This document shows positions 10,201 to 51,019 of a stretch of 64,000 bases of DNA, piece by piece. Both the position numbers and the translations under genes were made by a program. How positions within the stretch are numbered: position 1 is the first letter of the stretch; the number at the start of each line of letters is the position of its first letter. The notes under the pieces were generated by a model that was given only the letters and a program-made list of their open reading frames with translations, was not told where the DNA came from and searched no databases. The stretch is from Octopus vulgaris (lineage: Eukaryota), in contig OX597818.1 of assembly GCA_951406725.2 (NCBI GenBank), positions 26,970,001 through 27,034,000 of the forward strand, written 5' to 3'.

Positions 10201-11913
10201 CAAATGCTCTATTTCACAGAGTATTAATGGCTATATTGTAAATGTACAATGAAAGATTTTGATACTTAATTACTGTATAATAATGTAAAAATATAATTTA
10301 AAATAATGAATATAAGAATCCATGTGTTTTAAATGACTAAATTAACTAAAACAATGCAATTTCCTTAGTTTCAACAGATATTCATTGATAAAATCTCTTG
10401 TCAAATATGCAAAATAATAAATTTCCTTAAGTTTGCTTGAAACTGAAGAAACCATATTTTTGTGATAATCATGTTGAACAAATATCTATTCATCTAATGA
10501 ATGTCTTTATATATGTGTCCTTATTACTGATGATGATGATGGCAATCCCTCAAGGTCAAGGATGATGGTCTTCGCGCAAATTTACTGATGAGTCCGTAGG
10601 TGACCGATTAGGCCAATTCTTGCTTGAAAAGATCGGTCGCAGTGCGGACATCTAGTCCCGGAAGGGAGAGTCGCACGTGGTTGTTGTTGGCGCTCCTTCT
10701 GTCGTCGTCTTATTACTACATATGTGAACATTTACTGAAATATAGTAATGCATTGATTAATTATAGAAAGTAAGAAAAAAAAAATAAAGAAGAGTTGGAA
10801 GATAGTAGGCAAGCAGTTTCCATTTTCAGTAATTGAAACATAACGAAGCTTTGAGATCTTGCAAAGTGAGAAGCATGAAGCTAGTTGTAAGCAATTAGTT
10901 TCTATTTACAGTAATTAAAATATAATGAAGCTTTCTACTTAAAAAGTAGAAAACATATGAAAGATGGTTAATTTGTTTACTTTACATAATTGAGTTCTGT
11001 AGTTCCTGGTATTTAGTTCAAAGCCTGCTTGGCTTAAATATTTAAAGAATTTTCTTTTAAATGCACATTGATAACATACAGTAAATGTGAACCAAACATT
11101 CATCACAACTAGTTCCAATTTTCTAAAAAAATGTGCCCTCAAAATAATGTAAAAATATAAATTTTTTTTTAATAAGCCAAAGTATACTTAAGGGTTTATG
11201 CTCAGCTCTTGTTTCGTGGTATTGACTAAATAGGTGATAACTGTTCACTGGATAGGATGCTGGCATATTAGGGACTCTCAATTGCTAAGTGAAATGAGCC
11301 ATTTGGAATTAAATGCATTGCTTAATTCTGTTTAGTCTCTTCAACTGATCAGTATGTAACATACATATAAACCTATTTTATTTGCATTTGTAGAACTAAG
11401 TGTTTGAAATAAATCTCCATGTATTTTGTTTAATGAATTTTTTTTTATGGATTTTTTTCAAAATATATTGCCATTTTTATATTATTTAGTAAAATGTATA
11501 AAAAAATTAAATGCTTTATTTTATTTGGATATTTCAGACGACAAAACTTTATTCCAACCACAAATAGTCGTGTTTGTAGTTGGCATTTTCCTGTTGGTAA
11601 GAATGCAGGACCTTTGAGATTTGCCTGGAATATAAACAACTTCCTAGAATCTCCAAGTCCAGAGAAACGTCGACGTAAACCAAATAGTAGTAACAAGAAC
11701 CACAGACACTTTGACCACAGCAAACGTAAGAAGCACCAAGAAGAGAAGACATCACCACATGTGAACCCATTAGTTGTTCTGGCCCAAGTTGCTTTGCAAG
11801 ATGCAAATTCAGACGCTGTTCTTTCATCATTTGATACAAACCTCTCTATATCAAGTAACAACATACAAGATGATGCATTAGATAACCCTAATCCAGAACA
11901 CTTAGATAGTTAA
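7153..11913 (+). CDS. THAP-domain (C2CH zinc finger) protein, 162 aa, 2 coding exons (7153-7265, 11538-11913)
   Basis: Spliced translation MPQCCVPQCNNRSENCDLSFYRFPTAEMDKNKWLKAIK/RQNFIPTTNSRVCSWHFPVGKNAGPLRF... shows THAP hallmarks: C-x4-C, FP, W, CSxHF. Donor AA|GTAAGT at 7266, acceptor ATTTCAG| at 11537, phase 2 on both sides. 113+376=489 nt ending in TAA. Confidence 0.88.
8178..8335 (+). mobile_element. SINE family B (GAGTTCAAATTCC...GTCGATAAAATAAGTACCAG)
   Basis: B-box-like GAGTTCAAATTCC. Copies at 9880-9999, 13745-13935(-), 15290-15495(-), 15525-15725(+) and 39875-40090(+). Confidence 0.75.
10529..10708 (-). mobile_element. Very short, young 5'-truncated RTE insertion with C-terminal C2H2 finger
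   Basis: Minus translation RCPHCDRSFQARIGLIGHLRTHQ*, (ATC)n tail, 9-bp TSD CTTATTACT at 10520-10528 and 10709-10717, CpGs intact. Confidence 0.85.
11538..11913 (+). CDS. THAP gene coding exon 2
   Basis: Lies within ORF 11494-11913 after the TTTCAG acceptor. Contains CSWHF, basic KRRRK/KRKK stretches and the stop at 11911-11913. Confidence 0.88.
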
Positions 11914-12145
11914 TCCAATTTCTAAATAGGAAATATTAAATGATTAAAAAACAAAAAAAAAAAAAAAATATATAAAACACTTTTATCAACAATAATTTTC
12001 AATTATTGTAACTAAATTCCACATACATTTCCAGAAAGCTTTAATTTGGTGGGATTTAAAACATAAAGGACAAAAATTTTTATTTCATATATTTCTTTTT
12101 TTTTTTAATTATATTCCTGGCTGGTTATTTTACTGCTTATTTGTA

Positions 12146-12186
<41 letters not shown>

Positions 12187-12844
12187 TACATTTTGAAAAT
12201 ATATAGAGACTAACAATTCACATGCACTATCATCACCATGATTTTGGCATCTTCTTTTTTTTTTAATTGCTAATATGCAACAGATAAACTTGCAATACAG
12301 CATATTTTCATTTATTTCAGTGTTTTGTTACTTGATTTTTAAATCTGACCTTATCACTCTCTCTTAGACTATCTCAGGGCTGATTTTCCTACAAACATCT
12401 CAGCCATTAACTTATAGCACATCACCAGTTTGGTAGTATTTTCTACTTGGTACGTATCTACAGATTACCCATAACCTCCTTAAGAGAAAGCACAAAAGGG
12501 CTAATGACAGTAACTTATAACCGTAAGACAGTAGAATGTAATTTCAGTTAGATTTGGCTGCTTCTTCTGAGTAACATAAAACCCTCACTCTTTTGCTCAA
12601 CTTGCTAGAAGTAGCAACCAAATCTTTAAATTACTCCCCGTTGTATTAAAAAAGAAGATACATTGGGAAATACTGTTCTTGATATACCATACTTTAAAAA
12701 AGGGAAAAAAAAATGTGGGATGATAGGACTAAAATGCTTTTGATTGTAGATTTATTTGATCAGAGTTAACATGGGGTTAAAGGGAAATACTAAATGCAAG
12801 CTAACTATGCAGTCTGATCTTCAGTAGTTTATCTTTTATCTTTT

Positions 12845-13240
12845 ACTTGTTTCAGTCATTAGAGTATGGCCATGCTGGGGCACCACCTTGAAGAATTTTT
12901 AGTTGAATGAATTGGCACCAGTACTCATTTTTTTTATTAAGCCTGGTACTTATTGTGGTGGTCTCTTTTTGCTGAATCACTAAGTCACAAGGATGTTAAC
13001 ATACCAACACCAGTTGTCAAGTGGTGGGGGTGGCCAAATACAGACACAAAGGCACACGTGCACACACACACACACATATGACGGGCTTCTTTCAGTTTCT
13101 GTCTACCAAATTTGCTCATAAGGCTTTTGTTAGCCCCAGGCTATAGTAGGAGGTACTTGCCCAAGGTCTGCTACAGTGTGATCGAACCTGGAACAATATG
13201 GTTGGGAAGCAAGCTTCTTAGTACACAGCCACACCTGCAC
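12845..13240 (-). mobile_element. tRNA-derived SINE, family A
   Basis: Reverse-complement similarity to 2953-3320. Confidence 0.7.
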
Positions 13241-15289
13241 ATGATTAGTGACAAAACTGGGCAAGCTTTGGCCTTATTAGATCCCCATTAGAAAGTTCAG
13301 TCCAACTATTCCTGTTACATGTAAGATGATTCAAGAAGTACAAAGGATTTTAGTGATAGAACATTGAGTGGCATGATAACTTAAAACAATGACTAATAGA
13401 AAATATCCTTTTACTTTAAATATTTTTGATTGTCTCCCTTGCCTTTGCATTTCTTAACAATAATTAGTCATTAGGATAATGATTGTTTATTCTTCAGTAT
13501 AGGATGTAATTTTAATTAATTAAAATTTTTTTCAGCTGCAGATGTTTACTCCAGTTATTCTCTGTCAGGCTGCCAAGCCTATGTAGCATAGAAAATAAAC
13601 CACATTTCCAAAATTTTCAGTTTCCTGAATGGAGTACCACAAAGATCTGTCCTGTCACTCACTCTTTTCAAACTTTACCTGCAAAATCTTTTCAGGCCTC
13701 TACAAAACATAGACACCATATCATACATAAATATCCTTTTCTACTCTAGGCACAAGGCACGAAAGTTTTGGGGAGGGGGCCAGTCGATCAGATCAACTCC
13801 AGTACATAACTGGTACTTAATTTATCAACCCTGAAAGGCAAAGTCAATCTCAGTAGAATTTGAACTCAGAATGTAAAGACAGACGAAATACCATAAAGCA
13901 TTTCGCCCGGCGTGCTAACGTTTCTGCCAGCTTGCTGCTGTGATGATATTTCTGTGTATCATGCAGAAACATCATCACACTCATAACCTCCTACTCATCA
14001 CAGTTGCATAACTATTACAATCCTACATCGGTCACCTTGAAATCTGGCTCTAAAATAACAGTAACATATGACAAATCCACTGTTACCTTCTTTGCCAGAG
14101 TACATTAAATACAGCCAACAATCAAACTCAACACCATAAACTTACTACAGCTAGTTATCCCTCATGAATGAGTATGGCTTAGTAACATGTACCATGCTTT
14201 TGTTAGTTGTTTGGGGTGTCTATGTAGTGTAGTCATGACCAAGACATAGACACCCTCAGTGCTTCTTAACCTTTGATCTATTGGGACATCTGGGATGTGA
14301 CAGTTGGAGAAAGAGAGGGCTGAATTAGCACCTGAATGGTGCTCATTAAAACTGAGTGAACTGGAGCAATACAAGTTGAAGAACTGTCCTCATGAACACA
14401 ATATGCTGCCTGGTCCAAGAATTGAACCCATGATCTGATGATGAGCTGAACAGCCTAGCCATGCACTTTCACAACCACTTCAGATATACACACACATTAA
14501 TGACAAAAATATTAAGAGTTGTATACAATACTTCTACAATGCACATAGAGTAAAAGTGACGTACAAACAATACATCAGATCTATCATGAATATGCTAACC
14601 CTGTTTGGACCGCACTAGTCTCCATGACAAACTACAAAGGACATAAAACAATGCACTTCTTGTCGTCACATATTTTACACAGACCACCTATACAAGGAAA
14701 CAAAACTGCTGATAATGAAAGACCAACTAGATATGCATGGGGTACAGTTTATTGCTATACTAAATTTCAGTATTCACTGTAAAACAAGATCTCCTTGATT
14801 GTGTTGAGAATGATGAAAAGTTTTTGAAAGTTTTGCATAAGCCTCTGAGCAAGTATTGCCAAGCTTTTGGCAAAATTTGATGCAGATTCTCGGCTCAACT
14901 TTCTCTGTCATGGCCAATGCAATGAGCACACGCTACACGTTCCATCCTAGCACTGCTGGAAACACTGGAAGTGAACTAAAATGTTAAAACTTAGTGCACA
15001 TACACAGCAAAGTTCAAGGTCAGTCTGTCCCAAGTGGCTTCACTCTGCATACCTTAGCAACAGTCCGGATACTTACTGATCAGACCACATACACAAACGT
15101 GCATATACTTTGCTAAAAATGACAAAATTTGCTCATAAGTAAATTACTGAGCAAATTTGCACCAAAAACTTAGCAGGAACACAGGTCAACCCAACTTCTT
15201 CCCTTTTTAAGTGTTTCTTGTGTTGCATATTTTTGGGATAGGGTCTTTTTTATTTTAAATGATTGCATCAATATACCGATTAATATTGG

Positions 15290-15725
15290 TTTTAAATTTA
15301 GGCACAAAGCCAGCAATTTTGGGGTGGGTGGGATAAATCAATTATATCAACCCCAGGGTTCAATTGGTAGTTATTTTATTGGTTCCAAAAGGATGAAAGG
15401 CTAAGCCGACCTCAATGGAATTTGAACTTAGAACATTAAGACGGACTAAATACTGCTAAACATTTTGCTCAGCATGCTAATGATTCTGTTAGCTTGCTGA
15501 TTAATATTAAAAATAATGTGCAAGGCAATGAACTGGCAGAATCGTTACTACACCAGACATAAAATGCTTAGCGGCATTTTGTCTATCTTTACGTTCTGAA
15601 TTCAAATGCAACTGGGGTCGACTTTGCCTATCATCCTTTGATAAAATAAGTACCAGTTGAGCACTAGTGTTGGTGTAATTGACTTACATTCAACCTCAAA
15701 GTTGCTAACCTTGTGCTAAAATTTC
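15290..15725. mobile_element. Two inverted copies of SINE family B, head to head
   Basis: 15290-15495 (-) and 15525-15725 (+) both resemble 8178-8335. Confidence 0.7.
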
Positions 15726-16099
15726 AAGCAAAGAATACAAGCATTATAAATTACAGGGGACATAATTTCGATAAAATTGCTTCCCTTAGAATTATTTACA
15801 CAACTGTTTGAGGAAAATCTCGAGATTTTAAAATACCTCTTCATAAAAGACCTACTAACAAAATACATATTCATTTTACAAATATATCAGATCTTAAATA
15901 TTCCCATAAAAATAAACAAAACAAACATTTAAAGCAGTATTTATTGAAAATATCTTTACATCATTAAGGTATCATATAGACACGGAACAGCCTGGGACCC
16001 CAGTCCAGCAAACTTAAGATCAGCCAACCAACCCCACTTAGGAACACAATTTTTTCCTTTATGATTTACTCTTCACAGCCTTACTAAGACTGGTAAGAC

Positions 16100-16700
16100 T
16101 AATATAGTTGATATTCAAATCGAATATCTATAAGCTGACGTCTGCAGGAAAACCGTGAGTAATAAGAGAATTTTGTAATGTTAACGTTTTGGGAGGAAGA
16201 TTGGGAATAGGGGTTAATGAGATGGAGGGGTACAGGTGACAAGATTAGTGGGTCTGAGAGATGTAGTATGTAACTAGCTAGTTTAGAGGAGTAAAGGTTG
16301 TTGAAATTGCTGTGGAACAGGCAGCCAAGGTCAGCTTGTCTATGGCCGAGAGATTGTGTGATGGAGAGTGAAATTTTGCTATTCAGGTTTATGAGGTTTA
16401 AGATATTCAGGTGGTGAGAACAGTATTCCATTTTAGATCTTAATTGAGCTTTGGTCAAACAGCTGGTTAGAGCTCAAGTATTTTCTGGGTCCAAAGAGAG
16501 ATACAATTCTTGCTAAGGATTGTAAGGCCTATCATTTATAGTGATGTTTTGAGCATTTTGTGTGTTGTCCAAAACCAGGGAGGTGAGAAGTACAAGACTG
16601 TTTCTTGGATTTGAGAAATGAATATTTTTGTGCTGTTGAAATAGATAAGAGTCAAAAGTTCAATGTATGATCAGCTATGGCTATTGAGATTTTATTATCA
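16100..16700 (-). mobile_element. Degenerate LINE (CR1/Jockey-type) RT remnant
   Basis: Minus ORF TKAQLRSKMEYCSH resembles the YKAxVRPxMEYCS motif of LINE RT C-termini. Confidence 0.5.
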
Positions 16701-18117
16701 ACATGGTATTTTTAAGTTTTAGGACTTGTACTGTGATCACCATTTTAAAGACAAAGTGTTTTGTTGAGGAGATATTGATGGTGCATTAAATAGTTTGAGT
16801 ATCCATATTAAAACACTCTGGCTGGCTCAACTTACATTATATGAGATGTACATCAATAATACAATAACACATTTTGATCCTTAAAATTCTATTAGTTTCA
16901 TCATCATCATCATCTTTAATGTCCATTTTCCATGCTGGCACGGGTTGGACGGTTTGGAAAGCCAGCGGCTGCACCAGGCTCCAATCTGATCTGGCTATGT
17001 TTCTACAGCTGGATGGATGCCCTTCCTAATGCCAACCACTCTGGGAGTGTAGTGGGTGCTTTTTACATCTGAACGCTAATTTTCATTTACTCATAAGATT
17101 GTATAAATAAAAAAAAACGCCCTTAAATAAGAGATAAACGAATGACAAAAGAATTGTTGTTTTCCAAACTAATGTTAAGTAACACAAGTATTTTAAGACT
17201 ATTTTCCCTGGCTAAAGCAGTAGTTAGGTTTATAGGTCCTATGACAATTTCCTCCATTTTGCCATTCCAATTCACTAACCCCTTGCCTTGATTTCCTCCA
17301 CTATCATCTTTAGCCATGTCCTTCTGTCTTCCCCTTTTTCTACTTTCTTCCAGACTCATTTCCATCCTTCCTCAGCATATGATCCAGTCACTTCATCCCA
17401 TCCATCAAAGACTCTATTTCCACCATTCACTACAATTCATTGTTTGTCTTCTTTGTCAATAATACACTTCTCAATCACTGAACTATTCTCATTTCAAGTC
17501 TTTTCTGTTCTTCTGTACACATCACCTGTGTCTCTACCAAAAACCATAGCATTTTCATACTTACAGTATACATATTTACCTTTAGTTTCAGTGATATTAC
17601 CCTCCTCCTTAACATACCATTCACTTCCCGGAAGTTCTTCAATGTGCTTCTCACTCAAATCACCTTCTCCATTCAATATCTCCTACGTAAGAAAATGTTT
17701 TCACACTTCCCCTTTTCATGCCACTTCCAACATCTATCTCAACATTCTTCCATCCACAAGCTACACTTAAGTGTAGCTATCATGTTAGTTAATAACCTTC
17801 TTAAGTACATTTTAGATGAACCCACTCAGTGCATTTTGTACATCTAGTAAAATTTCATTCTAACACACTTTTTGTTCTGCGCACAGCCACTGTTTTGATC
17901 TTTTCACCCTACTGCATATTTTACAACTTTTCATGGACCTTCATCTTTCTGATATTCATCATCATAGATTTTGCTTTTACATATTTTTCCTAGCTTTTCA
18001 GCTGCTTGTTTAATCTATGTATATTCTCTGTTATTAATACAATATCATTTATGTATAGCAACTCTAAGCTTTGAGCCAGTACCTCCTTCACAAGTATAAA
18101 TAATACTAGACTTAATA

Positions 18118-19210
18118 TGAGAGCTGGCTGAAAAGTTCATAAACTGACCAAAATTCTCTCATGGAACGTGACCAAATGAGGTTTATTTTTCAACAGTCTC
18201 CCTTGCAGTCCACACTAGTGTTGCAGTACTTAGATCACAACTGTCATCCTGTTGGTCAAAAAAAGTCAACAGCAAATATGATGTCATCATCACAGCAATA
18301 CTGGTTCCCAGCGAAGTGATTTTTCCTGTTCAAGGCACAATTATGCACAGCAGCCATTGAAACCAAGGACTTGTGTGCTGGAGTATATACTTGAAACAAG
18401 ACTCTATTTGTCAGTTTTCCTGGGCATTTGGTTTTGATAGCCTTCCTGACTGCCTCAACAAGTTGGCATAGTACTTCACTGATGGTGTGGCCTTTTCAAC
18501 ATAGCCTTTGCATCCCAAAACACTGAGGCCATAACTTTTCCTGCAGATGAAACGACTGTGGCCTTCTTTGGAGCAGGTGAGGAGGGGTGTTTCCACTGCA
18601 AGGATTGTCTCTTTGTCTATGGCTCAAAGTGATGACCCCAACACTTATCCTGGGTTAGGAAACATTCAAGGAAACTAGCTAGGTCTGATTCAAACAACAT
18701 CAGATGTGGCACTTACTGAGCAGAAACAGTCATCATACCAAATTCATTGAGCAGAATATTCTTAACTCTCTCACAGGGTATGGTAATAGCATTGGCCATT
18801 TGATTTATAGTCAATCACCTGTCATCCATCACTATGTGATGAACATGATCAATATTTTCCTCAGTGGTGGCAGTTGCAGGACATCTAGACTCTCCCTTCC
18901 CCTCTTAAATTCAGCTACCCACTTTTTCACTGTTGATTAAGCTGGAGTGTCAGCATGAATGTCCTGAAGGGGCTAAACCCATTTTCTGCAGGTACTTAAC
19001 AACACCATGATGCCAGATTTTGTTGATTTTCCAGAGAATTCGCTGCTAGTTACTTTTGAAGCTTTCTTTGAACAGTCAGCTGCAGTTATTAATAACTGCA
19101 GCTGACTGTTCAAAGAAAGCTTCAAAAGGGTTGAAATTAATGCATGCAAGATTTCACAGCTCTAACATCACTCCTTCATAGTCAGCCAATGAACTTTACA
19201 GTCCACCCCT
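18118..19210 (-). mobile_element. Degenerate mariner (Tc1/mariner) transposon
   Basis: Imperfect TIRs (GAGAGCTGGCTGAAAAGTTCAT / ATGAACTTTACAGTCCACCCC) flanked by TA. Transposase remnants VLGCKG...KYYANLLRQ on the minus strand. Confidence 0.8.
19053..19128. repeat. Perfect 76-bp spacerless palindrome
   Basis: CTTTTGAAGCTTTCTTTGAACAGTCAGCTGCAGTTATT|AATAACTGCAGCTGACTGTTCAAAGAAAGCTTCAAAAG. Confidence 0.97.
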
Positions 19211-21400
19211 ATACTGATCCCTCATGCACTCAAAACTTGATCTTCATCATTGTGTGCAAACTCTCATAGATTGTCATCATTATCCTAACTAAGCATTCTG
19301 CCACTCCTAACTCTGTGCCCACATCACCACTTCAAATGCAATTCTACTAAAAGCAGTCTCCAGGTCAACAAACAACTTCCGTTGTCCATGAATTTCTCTG
19401 CTTTATAATAAAAATTGCATCAATCATTCCACTTCATGAATTTGGTATGATGACTGTTTCTGCTCAGTAAGTGCCACATCTTCTGATGTTGTTTGAATCA
19501 GACCTAGCTAGTTTCCTTGAATGTTTCCTAACCCAAACTGCATTTTATTATGTATCCTCTTCTTTAACAACTTTTGCAATATCTTTATTCTGTAATCCAA
19601 CAACTTAATTGCCCTAAACAAATCAGTGCAGGGGATCATCTTACTTCTTGTACAGAGACATGAGAGTCTTATACTACTACAATATGGTCATTTTTTTTAC
19701 CACCAACCTACATCTCAGCTCTTTTCTTGGCACCCCATCTTCCCAATATTGGTCCACTTGATTTTCCCTGCAATATTAATTAGCTTATTGAAAACTTAAA
19801 ATTAGATATTAAAGAATTGAACATCGGAAGGGTGAAGAAAAAGTTATGTAGCAGCAAAATAAAACTTGGCATCAGTTTGTTGTTGGAACCATTACATTTT
19901 GTTTATGCTTTGCACAACAATAGCACAAGTTTAAATTGTATTTTTGTAAAGAACGGTGGGAATAGTTGAGACAACAGAGCACTTACTGCCTTACAGTATT
20001 ATGTTTCATCTCACTAGCTTGTGTAAACAAATTAATATTTACCTCATTTCTTGAGGTTGATAAAATTTGTTTAACTGTAGTAAACTGGAATTGATTCAAT
20101 TGATTTTATTGCCTATGAAACATTTTTCTTTCCATATTTGAGTGTAACAGCACTTTCATGTGTAATTCATCGAACAACTTCAATTTATCCATTCCACTTT
20201 AAGTCAGTGTGTCAATTAACAAGGTAAGTACTCTCTGAAGCTAAATGTCACCAAAGGTTACTGGTATTTTTTTATGAGGCTCCAAGTTCTTTTACTGAGG
20301 GAAGTTAATCAGAAACAGCTATAAGTGTAATATCACACTTAAAATAAATGTCAAAATAAGGCCATATTTTAATCTGAACTTGAAATGTGGTATGAAGATC
20401 CCTGCATCAACATTAAAGGTCAGAATCAATAAAGTACTTCAACTGTCTCGTCAGTACTTTGTTGTAAGAATGAGGTTAATAACCAAATTTCTTTGACAAT
20501 TTAGTAAAATATATAATAAAGCATAGTACTGAGGGGGGGGAGAGACTTTACATGAAACTAAAAGTGTATGATATTCTTGTGTTAAAAACATTTCTTATAG
20601 TCAGTAAAACATGAACTCTATGTAGTAGATATGTTGGATAACTGAACCATTTCTGCAAGGCCTAATTGGTAAGACAGGACACTAAATTCTGAGTCCTTGA
20701 CACACTATCATCCTGCCAACATTTTTTGGGGCTAAAATTTTATACAAAGTACTAAACCTGGAAAAGAAAAATATGATTCAAAGATTTATGAAAAAATAGA
20801 ATATATTTGTTTTATTATTCACTCAATAGTTTTCAGTTATTCAAATTTGTAATGATGGCAATGAATTGTACAGAAACATTTTACATAATTTTTCATTTTG
20901 CTTTATATCCTAGTATATGATAACATTGATTTAATAGAGGAAGCTATAGAGTATAGATCAGCTTGAGAATTCATCCATGTACTTTACATAAAAACTGTAT
21001 ATAACTAATACTTAGGGAGTAGTTTAGCAATCAAGAAGCAATATACTTAACTTCAATCTTTACCTATCATTCACGATTTGATATATTTTGTTTTTACATA
21101 GCATTAGCAATTGGACATAATTTATTTAAAGTGGACATGGGCCAGTAATTAGATAAAGATCAGGCATGTTATCACTATACATCTTATATGTATTTTACTG
21201 TGAAATTACAAAATCATGTACCAAAGATAAGGAACTGGTATTTAAGAAAGAAACAAACAAAAAATATCAGAATTTTAACTTGATAAATTACATAATAAAT
21301 TATATGAGGCATTCATTCTCTTACCCTGTAATTTTAAATAGCAACAATACTTCTAAAAATTTCAAAGGTAAATGTTGACTTTTAAAAAATTAACACATGA

Positions 21401-50771
<29,371 letters not shown>

Positions 50772-51005
50772 AGTTGTGCACGTGACCGATGCTTGTTTGT
50801 GCCGCCACCTGCGTGTGGAAAATAGCAGCCAATGAACGTCGAGTAGGAACGGGGCCGGCACGGGCAGCTACGGTTGGCGGGAAGCTGTGCCAAATCTAGT
50901 CGATCGTCTGCTTTCAGTGAGATCAGTAGCTTCTCTCACATCTCGCCGGCATTTTGCTTTCCGTTCTTATTTTTACTTAGGGAAATCACACTCAATACAA
51001 CAAAT
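50772..51005. promoter_or_regulatory. Bidirectional promoter between COMMD9 and the acidic protein gene
   Basis: Only 234 bp between the divergent ATGs. CpG-rich, with E-box CACGTG (50780), CCAAT (50829) and an Inr-like TTTCAGT (~50912). Confidence 0.75.
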
Positions 51006-51019
51006 ATGCCAGACACAAA
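51006..51019 (+). CDS. Acidic protein gene exon 1 (MPDTK)
   Basis: ATG CCA GAC ACA AA|GTAAGA; phase 2 matches exon 2. Confidence 0.75.

Larger units (their letters stand above)
17150..19780 (-). mobile_element. Degenerate RTE LINE RT region interrupted by a mariner element
   Basis: Rejoining the flanks of the mariner restores the RT motif VHEGSVLSLVLF (QGSxLSPxLF-like). A basic RGR-containing C-terminal remnant lies near 17330. Confidence 0.7.

Noticed and set aside
10584-10606. CTGATGAGTCCGTAGGTGAC resembling a canonical hammerhead core
   Set aside because: No GAAA follows stem II, and the sequence is simply the antisense of the codons for GHLRTHQ in the RTE zinc finger.
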